The notes beneath the pieces are model-generated. The model was not told the DNA's origin. It searched no databases and was given only the letters and a program-made list of their open reading frames with translations. 64,000 bases of DNA from Eledone cirrhosa (Eukaryota), in contig OZ024746.1 in NCBI GenBank assembly GCA_964016885.1, positions 7,812,001-7,876,000 on the forward strand. The letters run 5' to 3'. Every line of letters begins with the position of its first letter. The first letter of the stretch is position 1. The position numbers were made by a program, and so were the translations under genes. Below, in pieces: positions 12,812 through 27,092 of this stretch.

Positions 12812-12844
<33 letters not shown>

Positions 12845-13456
12845 TATTTAGTGTATATATATATATATAATATATATACATATATATATATATATATATT
12901 TGGTGTATATATATATATATATATAATATATATAATTTGGTATATATATATAATATATATATATATATATTTGGTATATATATATATATATATATTTGGT
13001 ATATAATATATATATATATATATTTGGTATATAATATATATATATATATTTGGTATATAATATATATATATATATATTTGGTATATAATATATATATATA
13101 TATATATTTGTATATAATATATATATATTTGGTATATAATATATATATATATATATTTGGTATATAAATATATATATATATATATTTGGTATATATAATA
13201 TATATATATATTTCGTATATTATATATATATTTGGTATATATATATATAATATATATATGTATATATTGGTATATATATATATAATATATATATATGTAT
13301 ATATTTGGTATATATATTATAATATATATATTGTATATATTTGGTAATATATATAATATATATATATATGTTATATATTCGGTATATATATAATATATAT
13401 ATATATGTATATATTTGGTATATATATATATAATAATATATATATATATATTTGGT

Positions 13457-13487
<31 letters not shown>

Positions 13488-13778
13488 TTGGTATATATAT
13501 ATATATTTGGTATATATATATATATTTATTTGGTATATATATATATTTGGTATATATATATATATTTGGTATTATATATATATATTTGGTATATATATAT
13601 ATATATATTTGGTATATATATATAATATATATATATATATTTGGTATATATATATATAATATATATATATATATTTGGTATATATATATATAATATATAT
13701 ATATATATTTGGTATATATATATATAATATATATATATATATTTGGTATATATATATATAATATATATATATATATTT

Positions 13779-13812
<34 letters not shown>

Positions 13813-14074
13813 GTATATATATATATATATATATATATATTTGGTATATATATATTGGTATATATATAATATATATATATATATTTGGTATATATATATA
13901 TATAATATATATATATATATATTTGGTATATATATATAATATATATATATATATTTGGTATATATATATATATAATATATATATATATATATTTGGTGTA
14001 TATTATATATATATAATATATATATATATATATTTGGTGTATATATATATATTAATATATATATATATATATTT

Positions 14075-14110
<36 letters not shown>

Positions 14111-14936
14111 GTATATATATATATATATATATATAATCATATATATATAGATATATATTTGGTATATATATATATATATATAATATATATATATATAGAT
14201 GGTATATATATATGTATATATAATATATATATATATATATATAGATATATATTTTGGTATATATAATATATATATATATATATAGATATATATTTGGTAT
14301 ATATAATAATATATATATATATAGATATATATTTGGTATATATATAGATATATATTTGGTATATATATATATATATATATTATATTATATATATATATAT
14401 TATATATTATATATATATATTATATATATAGTATATATATATATATATATTATATATATTATATATATTATATATATATATATATATTATATATATTAAT
14501 ATATTATATATATATATATATTATATTATATATATATATTATATTATATTATATTATATATATATTATATATATTATATTATATATATTATATATTATAT
14601 ATATTATATTATATATATATTATATATATATATTATATTATAATATATATTATATATATATATTATATATTATATATATTATATTATATATTATATATAT
14701 ATATTATATATATATATTATATATTATATATATTATATTATATATATATATTATATATTATATATATTATATTATATATATTATATTATATATATTATAT
14801 TATATTATATATATATTATATTATCTATATATTATATTATATATATATTATATATATATACATTATATATATTATATATATTATATATATATTACATATA
14901 TTATATATATATATATATATTACATATATAGTATAT

Positions 14937-14966
<30 letters not shown>

Positions 14967-14967
<1 letters not shown>

Positions 14968-15340
14968 GCACATGGCTTAGTTGTTAGAGCATTGGCTTTG
15001 CAATCGAAAAGTTGTGAGTTCAATTCTCAGACCAGGTGATGTGTTGTTTCCTTGAGCAAGACACTTTATTTCACATTGCTCCAGTTTACTCAGCTGTAGA
15101 AGTGAGATGATAGGGACTCCAGTCCTCTATCATCTCATTTCTACAGCTGAGTAAACTCCAGTCCCTATCATTCCACTGCAAAGTGCTCGTGTAGGTGCCA
15201 CGGCAAAAAGCACCCACCACTCACTGTAAATGAGGTCGGTGTTAGGAAGGGCATCCAGCTGTAGAAATCAAGCCAGAATCAGTTCCGTCCCACCTTTGCA
15301 AGCAGGGAAAAGTGGACGTATAATGATGATGATGATAATG
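14967..15340 (+). mobile_element. tRNA-derived CORE-like SINE (family B) with RTE-type tail
   Basis: Head TGGCTTAGTTG...GAGTTCAATTC; CORE-like CCTTGAGCAAGACACTT...CTCAGCTGTAGAA; tail GAAGGGCATCCAGCTGTAGAAA...(GAT)n. Confidence 0.8.
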
Positions 15341-15944
15341 ATATATATATATATATATTTTGGCATATATATATATTTGTCCCACGCTTGCAAGCAGGGA
15401 AAAGCGGACATATGATGATATATATATGAATATTTAAAAAAACATATTTCACTGAAGTGGTAAGGATGTTTATCAGTCAATTTTCACACTTTTATATATA
15501 TATCTTTCCTTTTTTTCTTTGTTTTTCTTTTTCAAGATTTGTGATACAAGAATGTGCTCGAAAAAAAAAAAAAAAGCTGTTCTGTTCTGTGTCCTTCACT
15601 TATAAAGCAGATCGTTCAACAATCCATTGTTCAGCTTTATATCTGCTTATACCAGTTATTACCAGATCTCAGATTAACTCACATATTTTGTGTGAACATT
15701 TCTGTTTGTTGCTGAGCTGGTGAGGGAGGAGGTAGTGGTGGTGGGGACATTGGAAGTATACAGACCAGACAAAAACACAACAACCAATCATCATCATCAC
15801 TAAGATCATCATCATCATTATCACCATCACCACCAACATCATCATTATCATCTTTAACAGTAACTTATGTTTCGATGAGATGTTTCTGAGGCAGCTTTCC
15901 TCTATGCGCCAGATACCCTTACTGATGCCAACACACTTCAACTT

Positions 15945-17632
15945 AACATACCCTCCACTACCAACTAACATAACCTCCACTACCAACTAAGTACCCTTCA
16001 CTACCAACTAACGTACCCTCCACTACCAACTAACGTACCCTTCACTACCAACTAACGTACCCTCCACTACCAACTAACATACCCTCACTACCAACTAACG
16101 TACCCTCCACTACCAACTAACATACCCTCCACTACCAACTAACATACCCTCCACTACCAACTAATGTACCCTTCACTACCAACTACGTACCCTCCACTAC
16201 CAACTAACGTACCCTCCACTACCAACTAACATACCCTCCACTACCAACTAACATACCCTCCACTACAACTAACATACCCTCCACTACCAACTAACATACC
16301 CTCCACTACCAACTAATGTACCCTTCACTACCAACTAACGTACCCTCCACTACCAACTAACTACCCTCCACTACCAACTAACATAACCCTCCACTACCAA
16401 CTAACATACCCTCCACTACCAACTAACGTACCCTCCACTACCAACTAACGTACCCTCCACTACCAACTACGTACCCTCCACTACCAACTAACATACCCTC
16501 CACTACCAACTAACATACCCTCCACTACCAACTAACATACCCTCCACTACCAACTAATGTACCCTTCACTACCAACTAACGTACCCTCCACTACCAACTA
16601 ACGTACCCCTCCACTACCAACTAACATACCCTCCACTACCAACTAACATACCCTCCACTACCAACTAACGTACCCTCCACTACCAACTAACGTACCCTCC
16701 ACTACCAACTAACGTACCCTCCACTACCAACTAACGTACCCTCCACTACCAAACTAACGTACCCTCCACTACCAACTAACATACCCTCCACTACCAACTA
16801 ACATACCCTCCACTACCAACTAACGTAACCCTCCACTACCAACTAACATACCCTCCACTACCAACTAACGTACCCTCCACTACCAACTAACATACCCTCC
16901 ACTACCAACTAACGTACCCTCCACTACCAACTAACGTACCCTCCACTAACCAACTAACATACCCTCCACTACCAACTAATGTACCCTTCACTACCAACTA
17001 ACGTACCCTCCACTACCAACTAACGTACCCTCCACTACCAACTAACGTACCCTCCACTACCAACTAACGTACCCTCCACTACCAACTAACGTACCCTCCA
17101 CTGCCAACTAACGTACCCTCCACTACAACTAACATGTCCTCCACTACTACGTACCCTCCACTACCAACTAACGTACCCTCCACTGCCAACTAACATGCCC
17201 TCCACTACCAACTAACATGTCCTCTCACTACTAACGTACCCTCCACTACCAACCTAACTTACCCTCCACTACCAATGTACCCTCCACTAACCAACAATAC
17301 TCTCCACTACCAACCAACTTACCCTCCACTACCAACATATCCTCCACTACTAACTAACGTACCCTCCACTACCAACCTAACGTACCCTCCCCACTACCAA
17401 CGTACCCTCCACTACCAACGTACCCTCCACTACCAACGTACCCTCCACTACCAACGTACCTCCACTACCATACATACCCTCCACTACCAACTAACGTACC
17501 CTCCACTACCAACTAACGTACCCTCCACTACCAACTAACATACCCTCCACTACCAACGTACCCTCCACTACCAACATACCCTCACTACCAACCTAACTTA
17601 CCCTCCACTACCAACTGACTTAGCCTCCACTA
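15945..17632. repeat. 22-bp minisatellite (CCCTCCACTACCAACTAACGTA)n
   Basis: Period 22, degenerating to shorter units at the right end. Confidence 0.95.
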
Positions 17633-18744
17633 CACCTCTGTGTCCCCACCAACACGATGTCATCAGTTTGTTCTTCACACTAGCCAGCATATGAACTTTT
17701 TTTGAAATCTTTATATCTTTATTATCTTGGTAGTAGTGGGATTTCCTCTGAGATTGACTTTATTATATTAACAAATACAGGACTTGAAATGGCTTTATCT
17801 TAAACATAACATTAAATATAATCTGAGTTATATCAACAGTTAACTTTTTCTGTTTTCATTGAATGTATAATAAAAGGAAAGTAGTGTGTTTTAATTAAAT
17901 ATTTGCCTCAGTTTATCTTATCAGTGTTTTGTAGAACAACTTGTTACTACTCAGCAGAAGATAGTTTGGAATCATCTATCCATCAATACTTTTACCTTTT
18001 TTCAAAATTCATTTATTATTTAAGCCCTTCTCTAATATTTGCTTAAACCTTTACTTAAAACATTAAACTAAATATATATTATATTAAATCTGTGGTTAAT
18101 CAATATTTTCTTTTTTAAGAACTCTTCAAAAACAGGGCTATGATCTATTTTATATTTTGCAATGCTTATGTGTGTGTCCACTTATCCAATCCTCTTTCTT
18201 TTTTATGTAGCCAACTCTCTGCTATCACCACAGTACTGAACTAATATGTTTTAATTCTCTGTGACTTAGAATTACATTTTGATTATTCCTTACTACTAGG
18301 CTGCTAAGTGGCAAACTGGTAGATTCGTTAGAACATCAGATAGAATGCTTTGTGGTATTCGGTCCAGTTCTCTGCTCTCTGAGTTCAAATCCTGTTGACA
18401 TCAACTTTGCTTTTCATCCTTTTGAGGTTGATAAAAAAGTATCAGTTTCGTACTGAGGTCAATTCTTCCTCTTTTTCTCTTTCTCACTTCCTCTCTCTTT
18501 ATCTCTTTCTCACTTTCCATCTTTCTCTGGAAGAAATGCGCTGAACTCAGAGACGGATGGGCTCCGCCAGGCTTAAAATGGCCAAGAAATGCTGCATGTC
18601 ACTACAGTACCCCCTATGACTCTATCAGGAGTTACGGGACCTTATCATAGCACTCAGCTGTTGCTCATTTTAACAAAAAGACACGATAGTCATGACGGGA
18701 ATGTCTTTGATCATAAGCTGATTGACAAAATTATTCAAGCATTG

Positions 18745-18997
18745 AACAGAATGTTTTGCTGTGACTTTAACTTTGCCTTTCATCCTTACGGGGTCAATAA
18801 AATAAAGTACCAGTAATTGTTTCTACTTTAGGCACAAGGCCAGCAATTATCCAGTGCATTACTGGTACTTTATTTTATCGACCCCGTAAGGATGAAAGGC
18901 AAAGTAAACCTCGGCGGGATTTGAACTCAGACTGTAAAGGGACGCAATAATGTGCTGGCATAATTGCTGGCCTTGTGCCAAAAGTAGAAACAATTAT
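18745..18997. mobile_element. SINE A (minus, 18814-18945) nested inside SINE A (plus)
   Basis: The plus copy breaks at AAAGTACCAGTAAT and its 3' end resumes at ~18946. Confidence 0.7.
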
Positions 18998-20194
18998 TAT
19001 GGCTCTTCACATTCTGTATTCAAATCCTATTGAGATCAACATTGACTGTCATCAATCCTGGTTCAATAAAATAATATATCTGTCAAGTATTACTATAAAG
19101 TATCCATGATGTGGATGAAATTATAATAAAATAGAAACATAGGACTGTCTACTGGAATAAGGTTGTCCTGGAACTAAACAACACCACCAACAACAACAAC
19201 ACCCACAAAAACTATTTCAGAACTCGTTTATTTTAAGCTTTCTTAGTACATCCCCCCTCCCCACCCTACCCTTATTTATATTGATTTCATTCATTCTTGA
19301 ACCTTTCATGAATAATATATGGGCCACCCCACAGAGCTAACTATGTGACACCCCGCAGAGATAACTACGTGCCAGTTTGACCTAAATGCTTGGCTGGTTT
19401 ATCATCCTCTGTAGGACATTAATAATGTAGTCCTGTCATCTCTTAACTTGGGTGGCAGGAAAGATGGGACTGTTAGGAATATAATAGGACACATATACCC
19501 CTTAATCAATTATTGTGCCATATAAACATATGTAAACAAAACAGTAGACTTTGGCAAATGTACAGGAATAGTTGGAAGTACAAGCAATAGTGAAATAAAC
19601 TGTTTTCCAATCTCAAGAATATACCAGAAGATGTAGTTGATAGTTTCTGTTACTTTTATGATCTAATTAGTAGTAGAAGTGGTTACTCTGAAAGCAGAGT
19701 AGCTAGAATAAAAACAGAATGGAGAAAAAAGGCAGATTGTATGATGACTGGGCAAAATACAATGTTGCAAGGTGGTGTGACATGGGCATTTAATGCAGAG
19801 TATATGCAAAGGTTGGACAAAACCAAGTTGAGCATGGTCCAATAGATATGTAATATCAATGAGCATGAAGAGCGTGGATGAGCTGAGGGGAAAAACTTGG
19901 TATTAGAGGATTTAGATGTAGTATGCAAAGGAAGAGATATTGCTGGTATGGACACATGATACATAAAGGCATAACTTGACTCAGCCTGTTTTGTTATGTC
20001 CCAATGTGCAATAGAATTATTGGTATCAACCTTAATGCACCTAAACCATAGTGAATTCCAGAGGTTAACTGAAGAAATGGGACTGTTGATTTTTTTTGTA
20101 GTCTTTGTCCTGTGTGGCACCTATTTTGAATATATATATGTGTGTGTGTATGTGTGTACATATGTGTCTGTGTATGTTTATATGTACACATGGG

Positions 20195-20508
20195 AAGATG
20201 TGTGATTTAGTGGTTAAGCTGTTCAGCTCATGATTGTAAGGTTGTGTGTTCAATTTGTAGTGTTGTTTTGTGTTCTTGAGCAAGTCACCTTAATTCATAT
20301 TACTTTAGTCTACTCAGCTAAAAACAATGAGTTGTACCTGTGATTCAAAGGTTCAGCCTTGTTACACACAGTCATGCTGAATCTCCCTGAGAACTACGTT
20401 AATGGTACACGTGTCTGTGGAATGCTCAACGCCATGTTAATTTCTCAAGCAGGCTATTCCATTGATCTAATCAAATGGAATACCCATTGCTGGAAGTGGC
20501 AGATGTCC
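20195..20508 (+). mobile_element. Diverged CORE-like SINE
   Basis: tRNA-like head and TTCTTGAGCAAGTCACCTT core. The 3' part is shared with 35040-35150 and 59480-59630. Confidence 0.6.
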
Positions 20509-21019
20509 AACACACACTATTATTATGTAAACACACACACACAACACACTTATATACTCACAAACACACAAAACCACACACAAATAGATATGTTTATTCC
20601 ATTTCTACGTGGGCTGATCATTCTAATGCACATTATATATATATATAATAAATGTATATATATATATTGTCATCATCAGATTCACCACCGTCATCATTTA
20701 ATGTAGGTTTTCTGTTGTGGGAAGAGCTGGACAGGTCACCACGTCACTCGTGTCCACTTAATGGTTGTTGTTGAGAAAATAACCATCAGTTATGATTGTT
20801 ATCCTTTCTACAATTGTTCTCCTTCTTATCTTTCTCTCTTTGGTGGATTACTGAGACTCTTCAACTCTTTCTATAAGTGAAGCAATTTCACATGTTATTG
20901 AGCAGAAGGAAATATTCTCAAAGGTGTAGAAATACTAATTACTTTTCACATACACAACAAAAAGATCAGTTTTCTTTTTTCTTTTAGACTTTTTTTCTTT
21001 CTTTCTTTTTTGAGTCAAC

Positions 21020-21738
21020 CAATGCCTTCAGGCGGTGGTGAGACATTGACAAAATTCGAACTCCTGAGTCCTTAGTTGACCATTGCAGTATGCAGATCTG
21101 AACCTTTGAGGCCTGTATCCATCTCAATGATTGATTTCAAGGTGATATATGGCTGACCAACTTATCTCTTTGTATCTGGAGTCCAGAGGAGCAATCTTAT
21201 ATGTACATGAGACCACAGAAATGACATTAAATGCAGTAGATGAGATTTCTTATAGTAGTATTGTGGATGTATGAACAAGGATTAAAATAGGTTTGGTTGC
21301 GAGGGAAGGATTGGGGCTGGGTATTAAGAGTAGAAGAGCTGTGGACTAAGAGATCATGCAGATTGGGGTCTTGTTTAAAGGATGAGAAGAGACATTCATG
21401 AAATATAGATGAGGTAAATAAAAGAAGCAGAAAGTATGTAGAATGGGCCATTGAAGAGGTAAAGTGTTAGGATGTTGAGAGGGAAACACATGTGTTCCAG
21501 GGTGGGATGAATGTGGGGTGGAGGGCTGAAGTATGAGCAATTTTGCAAGCTTGAAGAAGGGTCTTGTGAACAATTCTGTGGGGGTAGCCATAAGGTCCGA
21601 CTGGGTCTCAAAATCTTGGTCTTTGCTTCAAATATGGTGAAAACATAGGAGCAGTGAGTAGAGGATGGAAGATTTTTACAGTGTTTGGGATGAGAAGAGA
21701 AGTTGTGGTAAGAGTTGTTGGTTTGGAGAAAATAGAAG

Positions 21739-21788
<50 letters not shown>

Positions 21789-22160
21789 GGGGGGGGTCGA
21801 GTGGTCATTGGTGACAGATATGAAGAAAATTAACAGAGCAGATGGGAAAGTCACCATGGTTGATAAAGCTAATGATGAGTTAGGTATGGGTGAGGGTGAT
21901 AATATCAACACAATCATTAATATATCTGCCCTAAAGTTTCCAAGATTGAACCAATATACTGGGCAAAAGAGTTGGGCCCTAACATAATAAGTTGCTATAG
22001 TAACCAATATACTGGGCAAAAGAGTTGGGCCCTAACATAATAAGTTGCTATAGTAACCAATATACTGGGCAAAAGAGTTGGGCCCTAACATAATAAGTTG
22101 CTATAGTTCTGGTGAGAGAATTGGTGGAGTATAGAGAGGTCAGCTCCAGAGATATTGAGA
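21020..22160 (-). pseudogene. Degenerate Penelope-like element (RT, linker, GIY-YIG)
   Basis: Minus-strand motifs across frameshifts: GRYINDC (YIDD-like, ~21910-21930), FSSHPKHCKN, FKQDPNLHDLLVHS and NLIYCI*CHFCGLMYI. Confidence 0.75.
21949..22107. repeat. 53-bp unit, three tandem copies
   Basis: AACCAATATACTGGGCAAAAGAGTTGGGCCC...GCTATAGT starts at 21949, 22002 and 22055. Confidence 0.9.
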
Positions 22161-22202
22161 AGGTTTTAAAAGTCCAATCTACTGATCATAAGATGGTAGA
22201 GA

Positions 22203-22460
22203 TTGGTAACACCACCAAGGGTGGGTTGCAAGCTCTCACACTGGATACCAATCCAATATGATGGTTTACAGATTCTTTCAGGCTTGGACCAACACTGCCT
22301 TACCAGCCCCCACTCTGCTTCACAGCCAAACAGTGATGCGTGGCTCAGTTTTGTGCCTTCTTCATCAACTGGTACCCTTTTTGATAACAGGTGCACTCAC
22401 ATCGGAGTGACCCAAACCCTCAGCCTACACGTGTGTGAGCCACATAAATGCCAGTCCAAT
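22203..22460 (+). pseudogene. Degenerate fragment resembling a CRE-clade non-LTR C-terminal region
   Basis: IPIQYDGLQI (LP..GGLGI-like) and AWLSFVPSSSTGTLFD...LSLHVCEPHKC resemble the AWL..P...G..L......LG...C.PH.C pattern. Confidence 0.45.
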
Positions 22461-24586
22461 ATGATAGCTTAGAGATATGCTTGGAAGCCATCTGAGCTGT
22501 TAGAACCATTCAAATGTTTCTTAGAAGAAAGCTTGCAATTTGGTTCATTGTAGAAATTCTTCAGTGTGTGCCTGTCTCTCTGTATGTGTATATGTGCATG
22601 TGTGTGTGTGTGTATGTATACGTGTGTTTATGTGTGTGTATGTAAGTGTGTGTATGTGTGCATGCACACGTGTGTGTGCTACATGTCAGCACAAGAGGCA
22701 AGGGAGACCTCTAGACAGAAAAGTTGGGGTGGGGGAAGGTAGAGTGACAACAGTGTAATATATATTTCATATGTTTCTCTATGTTTATGTCTACCCCCCC
22801 CCCCACCCCCCACTATTTCATTTCTATGTCACCATCACCTGATCTCTGCTACCACCACAGTGCTCAATCAATGTTTCCCTACCTCTTACTGTCACTCACT
22901 ATTGCTCCTTCTTACTTCCACTCATCTACCGCTTCCTTTTTTCATATTTTCTTACATTTTCTTTTTGCTTAAAATTGCATTTTTATTATTTTTAACCAAA
23001 GAATTTCAGCTCTTTGCATTCAAACCACACAATGACCTACTTGGGTTTTAGACCTAATCTATTATTATCAGTTTAACACCACCACCTCACCCTTGGACGT
23101 GTTAGAAGCAACTATCATAAAATTTAGAGGAACGATATCTTTTTCTCAATCCCCCCCGCCCCCCCCCCCCCCCCCCCAAAAAAAAAAATAGAAAGAAAAT
23201 TGTTTTAGTTTCAAGCTAAAGAGAAATTCATCATTAATACATTTTTAATGGGACTGTAGTAATTTAGATAATCCATGAGAGTATTAAAACCTCCAAGATG
23301 GAGAATATTAAACTTTAGATAAACTGAATAAAAAACTTACACTATTGAAGTCTTTTAAACAACTGCTGCAGCTTCATATATATGGCATTGTACTGTATTT
23401 TTACTCAGAGGAATAACTTTAAGAATATTTTCAGAGTCCATTTTCATGTGAAGTTGGAAAGATATAATGCATGAGTTCATTATCACCACTCTAAGAAATC
23501 ATGGTTCAACTTGCATATCTTTAATGACTGTTTGTTTTTCTGCATGTTTCAGTGTGTAAATAAATACCAGGAGTTGTTAAAATGTCAGATAGAATGGTTT
23601 GTGGTATTCCTTTCAACTCTTTGCTCTCTGAGTTCGAATTCTGCCAAAGTCAACTTTGCCTTTCATCCATTCAAAGTCAATAAAAGAAGCACCCTTCTCT
23701 CATTCTCTCTATCCTTCCCTGGAAGAAATCTGCTGTAATGAGACTGGAGAGTAGGTGGGCTCCACCAAGTTTTAAAATGCCCTAAGAAACGCTGTATGTC
23801 AATATGACACCCTCATCAGGAGTTGTGGGATTAAAATAGAAAAGAAATACCAGGAAAATTTCCCCAAACTTTTTGCTGATGAAGTGAAGGTACTATTAAT
23901 TTTGGACCAGCTGCTCACCCAGGTGGTCACTAACTTGTCAGTAATGATAATAAAATATAGTGTATCTTCATACCATACAATGTTATCACTGTGATCCAGT
24001 CAATTGACCAAGGTATAATCAGTCTGCAAGAGTTTATTTTATACCTAATAAGATATTTGAATGAAGTTTTCAATGATACTAAAGATTCCATGCATTGAAA
24101 ATAAATGCAAAATCACATAATTGCAGAGTGTACTTCTTAATCACAGATCTATGACTGTGTCCACATGTGAGAGATGACTCCATGTGAGTTTGACCATGTC
24201 AGATGGGTCCTATCATATAGGGGTAAACTAAAATTACATAATTGTAGAGTGTACTTTTTAATCACAGACCTATGACTATGTCCATGGATGAAAAATACAT
24301 TTAATTTAAATATAACATTGCCTCTCTTTCCTTGATACCTTAAGTATGTGATTATTTGGTTTAACAATTAATCCCTGATTGTGGCATGTCTCAGTTCTTG
24401 GAGTCCTGTGTTCAAATTCCAGTTAAGGATTCACCCTCTTCTCTGCTCCTAATGGCTAGAATTAATCCCCAGTCTACACACAGGACAACTATTGATTAGG
24501 TTTAGGGTCAGATTAAATCCTTTTCAGTCTCTAAGCTATTACAAGATTATGGTACCCCCAACCCCCCAAAAAGGGGGGAGGAAAAT

Positions 24587-25054
24587 AGTGATGATGATGG
24601 ATGTACAATGATGAGGGGAATACAATAATGGTGATGATGGGGATACAATGATGGTGAAGATGATGATAATACTGATGGTGATACTGACGAGGATGATGGC
24701 AATGGTGATGGTGGCAGTAATGATGGTGATGGTGGCGGTGATGGTGATGGTGGCAGTGATGGTGGCAGTGATGGTGGCGATGGTGATGATGATGATGGTG
24801 GTGATGATGGTGGTGATGGTGGCAGTGATGGTGGTGATGATGGTGGCAGTGATGGTGATGATGATGATGGCAGTGATGGTGATGATGATGATGGCAGTGA
24901 TGGTGGCGGTGATGATGACGGTGATGATGGTGGTGATGGTGGCAGTGATGATGGTGGTGGTGGTGATGGTGGCAGTGATGATGGTGGTGATGGTGGCGGT
25001 GATGGTGGCAGTGATGGTGGTGATGACAATGGTAATGACGATTATGATAATGAT
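24587..25054. repeat. (GAT/GGT)n trinucleotide low-complexity tract
   Basis: Direct reading. Confidence 0.9.
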
Positions 25055-25096
25055 ATTTTCCTTTTTATACTTCTTGTAGCACAGCCTTTAAGACAA

Positions 25097-25644
25097 GACA
25101 CAGGTATGTCAATTAACTCTACCAACACCTGACACAGGTATGTCAGTTAACTCTACCAACACCTGACACAGGTATGTCAATTAACTCTACCAACACCTGA
25201 CACAGGTATGTCAATTAACTCTACCAACACCTGACGCAGGTATGTCAATTAACTCTACCAACACCTGACACAGGTATGTCAATTAACTCTACCAACACCT
25301 GACACAGGTATGTCAATTAACTCTACCAACACCTGACACAGGTATGTCAATTAACTCTACCAACACCTGACACAGGTATGTCAATTAACTCTACCAACAC
25401 CTGACACAGGTATGTCAATTAACTCTACCAACACCTGACACAGGTATGTCAATTAACTCTACCAACACCTGACACAGGTATGTCAATTAACTCTACCAAC
25501 ACCTGACACAGGTATGTCAATTAACTCTACCAACACCTGACACAGGTATGTCAATTAACTCTACCAACACCTGACACAGGTATGTCAATTAACTCTACCA
25601 ACACCTGACACAGGTATGTCAATTAACTCTACCAACACCTGACA
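25097..25644. repeat. 34-bp minisatellite, 16 copies
   Basis: Near-identical GACACAGGTATGTCAATTAACTCTACCAACACCT units with no spacers. Confidence 0.95.
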
Positions 25645-25742
25645 ATTAAATATGTTTAGTGAGGACAAAGGTCAAGAAATGACCATGACAAATGATATAC
25701 TCCTAATCCTACCACTCTCTCACTCGTATCTTTCACTCTTTC

Positions 25743-25780
<38 letters not shown>

Positions 25781-26492
25781 TATTGATCTGTATTTTTACA
25801 GGTTCCAATCAACAATAATCACTGCAAAGTAAACATCATCCTGACCTTGAATCGGAGTTTAATTGTGCATTTGATAGGCTTATCTTAGATATGTGTTGAG
25901 AGAAGTTAGTAAGAGAGTGATACACACACACACTTGCACGTGCACACACGCACACACAGTGTAAAGTACTCTCACACACACACACACATCAGTGAGAACT
26001 CTGGTCAACAAAAGAAATAAATCCTATATATATATATGTAGTTTTTCTAAAGCTCTCTCTCTCACACACATATCATCATCATCATCACCGTTTTATGTCC
26101 GTTCTTCCACGCTAGCATGGGTTAGATGGGTTCTCCTGTTGTGGGCAGTGTCCAGTCAGCTGACCTTGTCTTGCTCATACGGGAACTGATTCTGGCTTGA
26201 TTTCTACAGCTGGATGCCCTTCCTAACACCAACCTCATTTACAGTGTGGGCTGGGTGCTTTTTTGGCGTGGCACCTTTACGTCCACTTTACAGTGTGGGC
26301 TGGGTGTATATATATATATGAGAGAGCTTTAGCCAACAAAAGAAATGAATCATATTTCAGCATTAAAAACGTAAAGGTAGGGCTCATAACTCCTGACAGA
26401 ATTGATGGGAGGGGGGGGGGGGTCTGACAAACAGCATGTCTTGGGCATCTTAAACCTGGCAGAATTCATCTTTCTCCAGGTCTGAACAAAAC

Positions 26493-27013
26493 AGACTGGA
26501 TCTGGTCAAATTAGACCAGAAGGATTAGATCGGACCAGATCAGATCGAATCGGATTGGATCAGACTGGATTGGATCAAACCAGACAGGATTAGGCTGGAT
26601 CAGATGAGACTGGATTGGATCAGAGGAGTTCAGATCAAACTTGATTGGATCAAACCAGACCAGATCAGACTGGATCAGGCCAGACCAGATTGGGTCAGAC
26701 TAAGGCCGGACCAGACCAGATCAGATCGGGTCGGATCATAGCAAACCAGATAGGTCCTGACTGGATATGATCTGACCGGATATGATCGGATCAGACCAGA
26801 TTGGATCAGACCGGATTGGATCAAACTGCATCGGATCAACCTAGACTGGATCAGACCAGATTGGATCAGGCCAGATCAGACCAAACTGGATCAGCCCAGA
26901 TTGGATTGCTCTTGAATAGAGTTGGATTGAACTGGATTGGACTGAATGAGATCAGGCAGCATTGGATTAGTCTGGACCAGTCAGACCAGATCAGACTGGA
27001 TAGGGTTGGGTCA
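26493..27013. repeat. Degenerate pentanucleotide satellite (GATCA/GACCA/GACTG/GATTG)
   Basis: 5-bp periodicity. Confidence 0.85.
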
Positions 27014-27092
27014 GAAGCAAATGAGGCCCTGGTACCAAGGAGAGAGAGAATGAGGAGGGACGACAACTCTACAGACCCAAAAGTGGGTGCAG

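Larger units (their letters stand above)
10530..14952. repeat. ~4.4-kb (TA)n array punctuated by TTTGG/TTTGGTG, hosting several insertions
   Basis: Direct reading. Interrupted at 10737-11053, 11383-11824 and 12704-12812. Confidence 0.95.

Noticed and set aside
14967-15035. tRNA gene
   Set aside because: It is a tRNA-like SINE head that continues into the SINE core and lacks a complete cloverleaf.
25097-25644. CRISPR-like array (34-bp repeats)
   Set aside because: Units are contiguous with no spacers, there are no cas genes, and the context is eukaryotic.
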